A stretch of 64,000 nucleotides of DNA, taken from assembly GCA_964611385.1 (NCBI GenBank), contig CAZSXS010000004.1:1782-65781 (forward strand), in the 5' to 3' direction. How positions within the stretch are numbered: position 1 is the stretch's first letter; every line of letters starts with the position of its first letter. This document shows, in pieces, positions 14,676-23,213 of this stretch. Below the pieces are notes generated by a model, which was given only the letters and a program-made list of their open reading frames with translations, had not been told where the DNA came from and ran no database searches. Origin of the DNA: an uncultured Defluviitaleaceae bacterium. Its GTDB lineage: Bacteria; Bacillota; Clostridia; Lachnospirales; CAYPQA01. The translations under genes and the position numbers were made by a program.

Positions 14676-16526
14676 ATGAAAACGCTAACAATAACAATCT
14701 TTTTTCTTGTACTGTTGTTGAATTCAAATGTTTTTGGAGAAGAACTAAGCGATGCACATTTTTCATCCACTACAACTGAATTCACGGCACAAGAAGCAGA
14801 GGCAGAAAAAACAGAGACACAAGAAACAAAGGCAGAAGAAGCAGAGACCGTGGAGTCCGTAGAAACGGCTGTAGATTTAACAGAAGAAGCTGTGAATCGA
14901 ACACAAGCAGCTGTGCTTCTATCAGGGGAAACTGAACCAATGATTGAGGAAGCCATACAATCTGCAGAAACGGAGAAGCTCTGCGTAGAAGCTGCACCAC
15001 AGCTTACAGACGACTCTAAAAGCACAAAGGAGACAGCAGAGGCAAGGGAGGAAATCCTTAGCTCCGCTGCGTCCTACATCACACAATATGAACCCTATTC
15101 GGCGGGAATATTACCCGAAGCAAGCTATGAGCTGCTTCCGAAATTCAGCTATGCTTATTTAAGCCTACCGATTAATGCACAGGGAACAGCGTATACAGGG
15201 AATGTGCAATTGCCCGTGCAATGGAACAGAGAAGAGTTTGAGGCAAACATGGCGGCGGGAAAAACCGAATTTGAGATATCCGGTGATTTCGTCCTTCCTG
15301 ATGGAGGCCTGAGCCTAGACTCTGTTGTTAACTCTGAGGGCAAGGAATATTACCTGAGCGATTCGATTTTAGTACTGCAGAGTCCTGGTGCTGACTTGCG
15401 CCCAACTTTCTCCGTAAGGTGTTTAAATGAGCCGATCAATAACTTTGAGATTCGCTCCATCATTCCGCCGGATTTTAAAAACATTTATTACTTTGAGTTT
15501 GCGATTCCGTATTTATTGGTTACTGAAAGTGAGCATCATAGTGTTGTGGTCGAGGTTCAGAAAACCCTGGATGGAAGTATCTTTGAAAATGCAGCATTCA
15601 GAAACGCCCGCTCTGTTGCCAACTGGAGAGAGGACCGCTATCAGTACCGAATTGACTCATCCATAGCGATTGAGGACCCTTCGGTGCCTGTTGGTTACCG
15701 TGTCGTCGTTCAGAACGGGCCGCGTGCAGGTAACTCCAATGTTGCTTGGGCCACCTATGACAGTGAACAATTCCGCAAAACCGACAACGGGTATGTCCCT
15801 TATATCCCTCCGCTTGTTGAACCCGATAAAGAAAGCCCCCCTATAACGCCAAGTCCTTCACCTTTGCCTTCACCTTCGCCTTCACCTTCGCCTTCACCTT
15901 CGCCTTCACCCCCCTCTACTCTTCCCCCGTCGAATTCTTCGCCCTCCGAATCCACAAATCAACCCTCTGAGGATGCGAGTTTAAGAGATAAAAGCGATGA
16001 AAGCGAAGGCGGCTTCGATGGAGGAACACGAGGCGGTGGTACAAGCCAAACTGCCGGGAGTAAGACCACGGAGGATAAAGTCACCTACAGCGGCACTCAG
16101 CTGGAGAAGACTGTTTCCCATGGAAAAAATACAGAAATTTCACTTGATGATGTGAAAGTCACGATAGAGAATGAAGTTTTAAAGACACTGCCCAATGGTA
16201 TTTTTGATACCTTTTCTGTTTCTGTAAAAAAGCGATCCGATGACAGCTTTTATGTAAGCCTCTTGAGCAATAAAAAAGAAGTAAAGCACTTAAAATATAC
16301 CGTCTGCCTGCCCTACACCGCCCCGGAGGGGTATGAATCTATTGAGGTTACCATAGATGAAACCTCAATAGACGAGTTTACATATGATGAGGACGCAAAA
16401 ACAATCACGCTTACGACCGATAAGACAGGGCTGATAAAAATAAAAGCTGTTATTCATTCCGTCCCCGATGAGAGTAAGCCAGAGGAATCAGAAGGATCAG
16501 AAAAATCGGCCTTTGAGCCTAAGTAA
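14676..16526 (+). CDS. Secreted/cell-surface protein with acidic N-terminal region and Pro-Ser linker, function unknown
   Basis: I place the start at ATG 14676 (AGGAGG at 14661-14666). Signal-type N-terminus MKTLTITIFFLVLLLNSNVFG, an E/T/A-rich region, and an SPSPLPSPSPSPSPSPSPSPP linker. Confidence 0.7.
   Translation: MKTLTITIFFLVLLLNSNVFGEELSDAHFSSTTTEFTAQEAEAEKTETQETKAEEAETVESVETAVDLTEEAVNRTQAAVLLSGETEPMIEEAIQSAETEKLCVEAAPQLTDDSKSTKETAEAREEILSSAASYITQYEPYSAGILPEASYELLPKFSYAYLSLPINAQGTAYTGNVQLPVQWNREEFEANMAAGKTEFEISGDFVLPDGGLSLDSVVNSEGKEYYLSDSILVLQSPGADLRPTFSVRCLNEPINNFEIRSIIPPDFKNIYYFEFAIPYLLVTESEHHSVVVEVQKTLDGSIFENAAFRNARSVANWREDRYQYRIDSSIAIEDPSVPVGYRVVVQNGPRAGNSNVAWATYDSEQFRKTDNGYVPYIPPLVEPDKESPPITPSPSPLPSPSPSPSPSPSPSPPSTLPPSNSSPSESTNQPSEDASLRDKSDESEGGFDGGTRGGGTSQTAGSKTTEDKVTYSGTQLEKTVSHGKNTEISLDDVKVTIENEVLKTLPNGIFDTFSVSVKKRSDDSFYVSLLSNKKEVKHLKYTVCLPYTAPEGYESIEVTIDETSIDEFTYDEDAKTITLTTDKTGLIKIKAVIHSVPDESKPEESEGSEKSAFEPK
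15853..15911 (+). repeat. In-frame (CCTTCACCTTCG)n microsatellite encoding the (PS)n linker
   Basis: Read directly: ...agtccttcacctttgccttcaccttcgccttcaccttcgccttcaccttcgccttcaccc. Confidence 0.8.
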
Positions 16527-16545
16527 CCCGAGTGGAGGGAGTATC

Positions 16546-17217
16546 ATGCCAAACGTTCTGCTGGTGGATGATGATCACGCCATTCTCGACATTAATGAAA
16601 TTTATCTTAGATATATGAACTATGAGGTTCAAACGGCAACATCTGGAGAGCAGGCCTTACGCTTAATCAAAAGCTTTACACCTGACTGTATTATACTGGA
16701 TATTTGTCTGAACGATATATCGGGCCTACAGCTTTGTTCAAAGCTGAAAGAGCTCAGCCATGCGCCCGTCATTTTTTTGTCCTGCTTGGATAGTGAGGAG
16801 GATCGAATCGAAGGCTTCATCAAAGGGGGCGATGATTATGTAATCAAGCCTTTTTCCACAAAGGAGCTGGAGCTTCGGATTCGGGCAAGAATGGGACAGA
16901 CTGCTCGGTCTGGGGATACTAAAAGCTTTGGCAGGCTTTCTGTCAGCAGAAGCAGTGGCGCTTATGTAGATCAAGTACCCTTGCAGCTGACCGCCAAGGA
17001 GCTTTCTATTTTAAATTGTCTCGCAGACGCACCCAATCAAATCATTCAAAACGAACAGTTGTTTGAAACGGTTTGGCAAATGCCGCCCAACAGCGATATA
17101 CGGGCAATCTCCGTACATATCTCTAATCTAAGAAAGAAGCTGTCAGAGGCCTTGGGCAATGACAGAATGATAGAAACGGTTTGGGGGATAGGCTATCGGC
17201 TGCGATGGAAAGAGTGA
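16546..17217 (+). CDS. OmpR-family response regulator
   Basis: Start ATG 16546 (GGAGGGAG RBS). Receiver motifs LLVDDD, IILDICL and VIKPF, with a C-terminal winged helix (VHISNLRKKL...VWGIGYRL). Confidence 0.85.
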   Translation: MPNVLLVDDDHAILDINEIYLRYMNYEVQTATSGEQALRLIKSFTPDCIILDICLNDISGLQLCSKLKELSHAPVIFLSCLDSEEDRIEGFIKGGDDYVIKPFSTKELELRIRARMGQTARSGDTKSFGRLSVSRSSGAYVDQVPLQLTAKELSILNCLADAPNQIIQNEQLFETVWQMPPNSDIRAISVHISNLRKKLSEALGNDRMIETVWGIGYRLRWKE

Positions 17218-19217
17218 GCCTTCATACGATTTTTGCAAGCTTGAAAACCCCTAAGCTGCCCATCCTCATTTGCCTTTGCTTTGCGGCCCTGCTGCTGAAT
17301 GCAAAATGGATCCTGCGTTTTGACAACAAGTATGCATTGGACGGAAAGCAAGCGGCTCTGGGCATACTCAACTTTGAGGGTAAGCTGACTTACTTGATTG
17401 ATGATTGGGAACTTTATGCCGGACAGCTTTTATCTCCCCAGGAAATCGCTGCCCTAAACCCAAAAGTTTCCCAGTATGTATATGTAGGAGAGTACAGCGA
17501 CTTTGCCTTTAGAGCTCAAGGAGTACCTTTTCATGGAAATGCCACCTATCGCCTGCGGATCAATGTAAGCAGCCAGCCAACCCAATACACCCTGGAGCTG
17601 CCGGAAATCTTCTCCGCTTACAAGCTTTGGGTCAACCGTGTTCTTGTTCACCAAAACGGAAGACTGGAAAACGAAGACTACGCCCCCTTCATACAGACCG
17701 GTTCTGTTTCCTTTGAAGCCAAAGGGCAAATTGAACTTGTTTTTGCTGTGTCCAATTTTTCTCACTACTATAGCGGCATCTTTTATCCGCCAGCCTTTGG
17801 ACTTTACCGAGACTTGAATACCCTGCTGGATATCCGCCTCACCCTTAAATGCCTGTATTTGTTTATCCCGCTTTTTATCGGCGTCTTTTATCTGGTACTT
17901 TATTTTAGCATCAAGGAGACCATGCATCGCCAGACTGCCTTTGTGTGCTTTTACTATGTGGGCTATAACGCCTATACTTTGTGGGGGCTTGTTGGCTTTT
18001 CAAATGTTTCTCTCTGGTATGGAATCGAGGATCTCTTTTTTTGTGCTTTGCTTATGCAAGTGTTAAGCCTTTGCGCTTATCTTACTTCCCTGGGTAAATT
18101 TCACAGGCTATTGATATACCTTGGCTTTGTTTTACTTTCCTTCAGGCTTGCACTGCTGCTTCCTGCCTGGGACTTGCTCAGAATTTATGGTATATGTTTT
18201 GATTTTTATAAATACACGCTGCTGCTTTATCTGTTTGCCATGATTATGGTGGCGGCCTTTCGAGGTGGGATACAGTCAAAATTTTTGCTGATTGCGGTAG
18301 GCTTGTTTGCTTTTGGAATCTATTTGGACAATTTCGCCGGGGAATTTGAGCCGATTTTATTTGGCTGGCATACTGAACGTACGGGCTTTTGGATGGTTTT
18401 GATTTTCAGTGGAATTCTCGTATACAGAAGCGTTATCATAAACAAGCAAAACAAGGCCTACGCCACAAAAATGGAACAGCTTGTCGATGAAAAAACGCAA
18501 AAGCTTGCGGAGACAAGCAGGCAGTTAAGTCATGTGCTCAGCACAAGAAAACGCTTTATGGCAGACATAGCCCACGATTTAAAGTCCCCTATAGCGGCAG
18601 TGTTAGGATACTTAGATCTGTTAAGGGCCGGAATCATTTTGGAAGCGGATAAAGAGCAAGAGGTTTTGCAAAGCATATACAGCAAGTCCAAGGAGCTGAA
18701 CAAAAGAGTCTCGAAGCTACAAGTCTTAGCAAAGCTAGACGAGGACTTGCCCAACTTTACCTGTGTGAACATCAAGGATTATCTGGAAAGCTTACTGGAA
18801 GCCTTTGAACCTCTTGCGGAAGCCGTCGGCGTAAGCTTGCAGCTGACAAGCTGCGATACAACCATGGACATTGACACAGACAAGTTGCATCATGCAATTG
18901 AGAATATCTTGCAAAACGCTTTACAAGCCCTCAGCCCTGGAGGGAAAATTGTCCTTTCCGCTCAAGAGGATGAAGACAAGCTGAGGCTAAGGATTTCCGA
19001 TAACGGCTGTGGCATTTCGCCTGAGGATTTACCGTATATTTTCAAGCGCTTCTGGTCCGGAAGCACTGGGCGTTCCGGTCTTGGCCTTTCCATTGTCCAA
19101 AAAATAGTGGAGGAGCACGGCGGTCATATCTCCGTCGAATCCACAGTTGGACTGGGCACAACGTTTACAATCCTTCTGCCCCTAAACGCTCTTCAAAATA
19201 AAACAATAATCAGATAA
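17205..19217 (+). CDS. Sensor histidine kinase with 7TMR-DISM-type architecture (extracellular beta-rich domain + ~7 TM)
   Basis: The likely start ATG 17205 overlaps the RR stop. The N-terminal extracytoplasmic region (GNATYRLRINV...AYKLWVNRVLV) is followed by about seven hydrophobic segments, the H-box IAHDLKSPIAA, and an HATPase region (DNGCGI, GLGLSIV). Confidence 0.8.
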   Translation: MERVSLHTIFASLKTPKLPILICLCFAALLLNAKWILRFDNKYALDGKQAALGILNFEGKLTYLIDDWELYAGQLLSPQEIAALNPKVSQYVYVGEYSDFAFRAQGVPFHGNATYRLRINVSSQPTQYTLELPEIFSAYKLWVNRVLVHQNGRLENEDYAPFIQTGSVSFEAKGQIELVFAVSNFSHYYSGIFYPPAFGLYRDLNTLLDIRLTLKCLYLFIPLFIGVFYLVLYFSIKETMHRQTAFVCFYYVGYNAYTLWGLVGFSNVSLWYGIEDLFFCALLMQVLSLCAYLTSLGKFHRLLIYLGFVLLSFRLALLLPAWDLLRIYGICFDFYKYTLLLYLFAMIMVAAFRGGIQSKFLLIAVGLFAFGIYLDNFAGEFEPILFGWHTERTGFWMVLIFSGILVYRSVIINKQNKAYATKMEQLVDEKTQKLAETSRQLSHVLSTRKRFMADIAHDLKSPIAAVLGYLDLLRAGIILEADKEQEVLQSIYSKSKELNKRVSKLQVLAKLDEDLPNFTCVNIKDYLESLLEAFEPLAEAVGVSLQLTSCDTTMDIDTDKLHHAIENILQNALQALSPGGKIVLSAQEDEDKLRLRISDNGCGISPEDLPYIFKRFWSGSTGRSGLGLSIVQKIVEEHGGHISVESTVGLGTTFTILLPLNALQNKTIIR

Positions 19218-19272
19218 CAAAAGAACGAGGTCGAAACAGAGTAGGCCAACTATAAAAGTAAACAATCTGTTC

Positions 19273-19301
19273 TTGCACCAGACGTATCTTTCCGATAAAA
19301 T
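19273..19301 (+). promoter_or_regulatory. Candidate sigma-A promoter of the etfB-etfA-dehydrogenase operon
   Basis: TTGCAC, 17-nt spacer, TAAAAT, about 100 nt upstream of etfB. Confidence 0.4.
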
Positions 19302-19399
19302 ACATATAGATTTTTCACAGCATACTATACTGATTACTATCCCTTTGAAAATTCTTCAAGCAAAAATTCGTAACGAAACTACTTTATAAGGAGGAAACA

Positions 19400-20185
19400 A
19401 TGAAAATCATTGTATGCATTAAACAAGTCCCCGGCACGCAAAAGGTTACGATCGACGAAAAGACCGGTTCTTTGATTCGTTCTGGGGTGGAAGCGAAGAT
19501 GAACCCTTACGACTTGCACGCCATTGAGGCAGCGATGGAGATAAAGGAAGCACTTGGAGCCGAGATCACGGCCTTGACCATGGGTCCCCCCAGTGCAAAG
19601 GAAATTTTATACGAAGCCTTTTCCTTAGGTGTAGATGAAGGGATTTTGCTCAGCGACTTTGCCTTTGCAGGCTCTGATGTTTTGGCAAGCAGCCGAGCTC
19701 TTTCTCAATGCATCCGACTCACGGACTTTGACCTGATCCTCTGCGGCAAGCAAACCACTGACGGAGATACCGCCCAGGTTGGCCCCGCCATAGCCGAGTT
19801 TTTGAATATCCCTCATGTCAGCTGGGTCAAGCGGATTTGCAAGCTGGATGAGAAGGGGATCACCCTGGAGCAAGACTTGAATGAAAGTATACTGAGCGTA
19901 AGCATGAACTATCCCTGTTTAATCACGGTGGAAGCGAGTCTCAACCGTCCCCGGCTGCCCTCCTACCTTTTGAAACAAAAAAGCAAGAACAGACCCATTA
20001 AAACCTACAGCTTACAGGATCTGCGGGACAAAGATAAAAACAACTACGGTATGCTTGGCTCTCCCACTTCCGTGGAACGGATTTTTACCCCCAGCTCGAC
20101 CACACAAACACATCTTATGGAGGCCGAGCCAGAGAAAATGGCCGAAAGCTTAAAAAGCAAGCTGATTCAGCTTAAGTTTGTTTAA
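19400..20185 (+). CDS. etfB: Electron transfer flavoprotein beta subunit (LctB-like)
   Basis: MKIIVCIKQVPGT, the NPYDLHAIEAA pattern, and the typical 261-aa length. Confidence 0.85.
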   Translation: MKIIVCIKQVPGTQKVTIDEKTGSLIRSGVEAKMNPYDLHAIEAAMEIKEALGAEITALTMGPPSAKEILYEAFSLGVDEGILLSDFAFAGSDVLASSRALSQCIRLTDFDLILCGKQTTDGDTAQVGPAIAEFLNIPHVSWVKRICKLDEKGITLEQDLNESILSVSMNYPCLITVEASLNRPRLPSYLLKQKSKNRPIKTYSLQDLRDKDKNNYGMLGSPTSVERIFTPSSTTQTHLMEAEPEKMAESLKSKLIQLKFV

Positions 20186-20206
20186 TTTATAGAAAGAAGG
20201 CGAAGC

Positions 20207-21487
20207 ATGAGTGGAATATACATAAAGCATGAACTGTGTGACGGCTGCGGGCTTTGTATAAGCAAATGTCCCTTTGAGGCCATCGAAAAGGATGAAAAAA
20301 TAAAGATCAGCAGCGGCTGTAAGCTGTGTAAGCTTTGTATCAAGGCCTGCCCAAAACAAGCCATTGCCCTGGCAGAGGGGGGCAAGTCGGTAAATAAGGA
20401 AGCATGGAAGGGTATTTTGATTTATGTAGAGTATGAGGGAAACAAGATTCACCCTGTGACCCTTGAACTGATCGGAAAGGCCCGGCAGTTGATTCAAGAA
20501 CGGAACAAGGGTGAGGAATGCAGCTGCATTTTTATAGGGAATGGAATAGCCGAAAACGAAGTGACAGGGAACGAAGTGACGGGGAACAGCGTGACGAGAA
20601 ACAGCCTGGAAGAGGAAGCCCAGCATCTCTTTGACTATGGCGTAGACAAGGTCTATGTGTACGAGGGGGAGGATTATGCGCATTTTCGCGTGGATGCCTA
20701 TGCGGCAGCCTTTGAAGATTGTATCCGTGACCTGAAGCCCAATGTAGTCTTGATCGGCGCAACAGCTGTGGGTCGTTCTCTTGCGCCAAGAGTGGCTACC
20801 CGATTTGAGACAGGCTTAACGGCAGACTGCACCAGTCTGGAAATACGACCCGACGGGAACCTGGTACAGATTCGCCCGGCCTTTGGCGGGAACATTATGG
20901 CGCAGATTCTGACCAAAAACCACAGGCCCCAGTTTGCAACCGTTCGATACAAGGTTATGGAGCCAGCGGAAAAATGCCCTGGGCATAAGGGAAGCATTAT
21001 CAAAAGACAGCTCAAAGGACTCTCTTCTACGATACAAGTCCTATCCGCTCAACCGAAGGAAAAGGTAAAAAGCATTGTAGACGCAGAAGTACTGGTGGTT
21101 GCCGGACGAGGGGTAAAAACCAAGGAGGACTTGGGACTGCTCAGAGAACTGGCAAGTCTTCTAAACGGGCAACTTGCTTGCACAAGACCCCTGGCCGAAC
21201 AGGGCTTTTTGGAAAACACCTGCCAAATCGGACTCTCCGGCCGAACAGTCAAGCCTAAACTGATCATCACCTGCGGCGTATCCGGGGCGATTCAGTTTGT
21301 GGCCGGGATGCAGAGTTCCGAATGCATTATTTCCATCAACAAGGACAAAAACGCGCCCATCTTTAAACTCTCCCACTATGGCTATGTAGGGGATTTATAC
21401 GAGGTGATTCCCAGGCTCATATCCGGATTAAAAACTTCCGGTAAACTACAGATGCCCGGTGCGGAAAAGGAGGCGGCTTATGTATAA
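20207..21487 (+). CDS. etfA: Electron transfer flavoprotein alpha subunit with N-terminal 2x[4Fe-4S]-type ferredoxin domain (LctC-like)
   Basis: CDGCGLCISKCP and CKLCKLCIKACP at the N-terminus, then EtfA core motifs (GVSGAIQFVAGM). A low-complexity NEVTGNEVTGNSVTRNS insertion is present. Confidence 0.85.
   Translation: MSGIYIKHELCDGCGLCISKCPFEAIEKDEKIKISSGCKLCKLCIKACPKQAIALAEGGKSVNKEAWKGILIYVEYEGNKIHPVTLELIGKARQLIQERNKGEECSCIFIGNGIAENEVTGNEVTGNSVTRNSLEEEAQHLFDYGVDKVYVYEGEDYAHFRVDAYAAAFEDCIRDLKPNVVLIGATAVGRSLAPRVATRFETGLTADCTSLEIRPDGNLVQIRPAFGGNIMAQILTKNHRPQFATVRYKVMEPAEKCPGHKGSIIKRQLKGLSSTIQVLSAQPKEKVKSIVDAEVLVVAGRGVKTKEDLGLLRELASLLNGQLACTRPLAEQGFLENTCQIGLSGRTVKPKLIITCGVSGAIQFVAGMQSSECIISINKDKNAPIFKLSHYGYVGDLYEVIPRLISGLKTSGKLQMPGAEKEAAYV
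20555..20605 (+). repeat. 15-nt in-frame tandem repeat (3.4 copies) inside etfA
   Basis: aacgaagtgacaggg / aacgaagtgacgggg / aacagcgtgacgaga / aacagc. Confidence 0.8.
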
Positions 21488-22874
21488 GATCACAGATCAA
21501 GAGTTGCAATTTTTGAAGGAGCTATTCGGAAAAGATCGGGTACATACAGGCGAGGAAATCAACGAGGATTTTGCCCATGACGAAATGCCGGAGTACGGGA
21601 AATTCTTTCCCTCTGTCGTTGTGGATGCCCTCTGCACGGAGGAAGTCAGCCGCTTGCTGGCCTACGCCAACGAAAACAAAATCCCCGTTACCGTTCGGGG
21701 AGCCGGAACAGGACTCTGCGGGGGCTGTGTAGCTACCTGCGGTGGGATCTTGCTGAACCTGCTGAACATGAACAAAATTCTGGAAATCGACGAAAAAAAT
21801 CTCATTGCTGTCGTAGAACCGGGGGTTCTTTTGATGGAGCTAGCTGAAAAGGTGGAGGAACAGGGGCTTTTATACCCGCCTGACCCCGGCGAAAAAAGCG
21901 CCACCATCGGGGGCAATGTGATGACCAACGCGGGGGGAATGCGTGCCATAAAATACGGAGTGACCCGGGAGTACGTTCGGGGCATGGAAGTGGTTTTGGC
22001 CAACGGCGAGGTACAGCAACTGGGAGGAAAGATCGCAAAGACCAGCTCGGGCTACAGCTTGAAGGATTTATTGATCGGCAGCGAAGGAACCCTGGGGGTT
22101 GTGACCAAGATACAACTCAAGCTCATCAAGTTGCCCAAACGTTTTATTACTTTACTGGTGCCTTTTAACAGCTTAGAGGATTGCCTGAATACTGTGCCTG
22201 TGATTTTAAATGCCTCCGATACGCCGTTGAACTTGGAATTTATGGAACGAGAGGTAATTTTAAAATCCGAAGAATACTTAGGCACCCGCTTCCCTGACAA
22301 GTCTGCCCAGGCCTATCTGATGATCAGCTACTCCGGCAACAGCCGTGAAGAAATTGAGAACTGCTATGATGGCGTTGCGCAGGCTTGCCTGGCTCATGCC
22401 GCCCTGGATGTTCTGATCTCCGACACGGAGGAAAGACAAAGCAGTATATGGACGGCAAGGGGTGCATTTTTGGAAGCCATCAAAAGCTCCACGTCAAGCA
22501 TGGATGAATGCGACATCGTAGTCCCCATCGAAAAGGTGGCTGAGTACCTCCAGTTTGCCAAGCAACTGTCCTTGGATGAAGCCATCCGCATTCCCTCCTT
22601 TGGACACGCCGGAGACGGGAATCTTCATCTTTATGTCTGTAGGGATGAGTATCCGGAAGACATCTGGAAGGAAAAGTGCAAGCGGGTGATGGATCAGCTT
22701 TACGAGTGCGCCAAGAAGCTGAAAGGCGAGGTATCCGGGGAACACGGCATCGGTCATGCCAAGCGGGAATACCTGCTTCAATCTGTTGGAGGGACACAAA
22801 TGCGTCTTATGCGGGAAATCAAGCGTATATTTGATCCAAACAACATTTTAAACCCAGGGAAGCTGATACTATAA
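21480..22874 (+). CDS. FAD-binding (PCMH/GlcD-type) 2-hydroxyacid dehydrogenase, LctD-like lactate dehydrogenase candidate
   Basis: I place the start at ATG 21480, overlapping the etfA stop (ATGTATAA). Seen: the FAD-binding segment VTVRGAGTGLCGG, the GEHGIGHAK motif, and the position directly after etfBA. Confidence 0.8.
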   Translation: MYKITDQELQFLKELFGKDRVHTGEEINEDFAHDEMPEYGKFFPSVVVDALCTEEVSRLLAYANENKIPVTVRGAGTGLCGGCVATCGGILLNLLNMNKILEIDEKNLIAVVEPGVLLMELAEKVEEQGLLYPPDPGEKSATIGGNVMTNAGGMRAIKYGVTREYVRGMEVVLANGEVQQLGGKIAKTSSGYSLKDLLIGSEGTLGVVTKIQLKLIKLPKRFITLLVPFNSLEDCLNTVPVILNASDTPLNLEFMEREVILKSEEYLGTRFPDKSAQAYLMISYSGNSREEIENCYDGVAQACLAHAALDVLISDTEERQSSIWTARGAFLEAIKSSTSSMDECDIVVPIEKVAEYLQFAKQLSLDEAIRIPSFGHAGDGNLHLYVCRDEYPEDIWKEKCKRVMDQLYECAKKLKGEVSGEHGIGHAKREYLLQSVGGTQMRLMREIKRIFDPNNILNPGKLIL

Positions 22875-23043
22875 GAACGGGCGCAAATAGCACAAAGCGA
22901 TCCGATGAAAGCCTCAGAAGGGATACCGCCCGAAACGGCTTGCGACCAGCTCTAGTGGAGGGCGGTGTCCCTTCTGAGGCTTGGACTTGGATACCCATTT
23001 CACTTGGTACGTGCTTTGATATTAATGCCCGTTTGTAGTATAG
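22869..23043 (+). repeat. Intergenic repeat family B, copy B2 (MITE-like, with 21-bp internal stem)
   Basis: The left end CTATAAGAACGGGCGCAAAT contains the dehydrogenase stop codon TAA. The stem is GCCTCAGAAGGGATACCGCCC (22911-22931) paired with GGGCGGTGTCCCTTCTGAGGC (22960-22980). The right end is AATGCCCGTTTGTAGTATAG. Confidence 0.8.
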
Positions 23044-23054
23044 GATAACGAAAG

Positions 23055-23186
23055 GATTGCAAAGAACCGTCTAAGAGAGTATAGTATACTCAGTCTTTTA
23101 AACATTTACTAAGCCGCCATCATCCAATCCGATTAAATTTTATTGTTTTAGGCGGCGGCTTTACAAAGCTGAATGTAACTGAGTAG
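23055..23186 (-). repeat. Intergenic repeat family C: partial end (23055-23083) plus full copy C2 (23085-23186), inverted relative to C1
   Basis: TATACTCAGT...GGCGGCGGCTTTACAAAGCT...ACTGAGTAG. It is the reverse complement of 8583-8684 with a few substitutions. Confidence 0.8.
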
Positions 23187-23213
23187 ATTCAAATTTTGTT
23201 GATGGAGGAGAAT

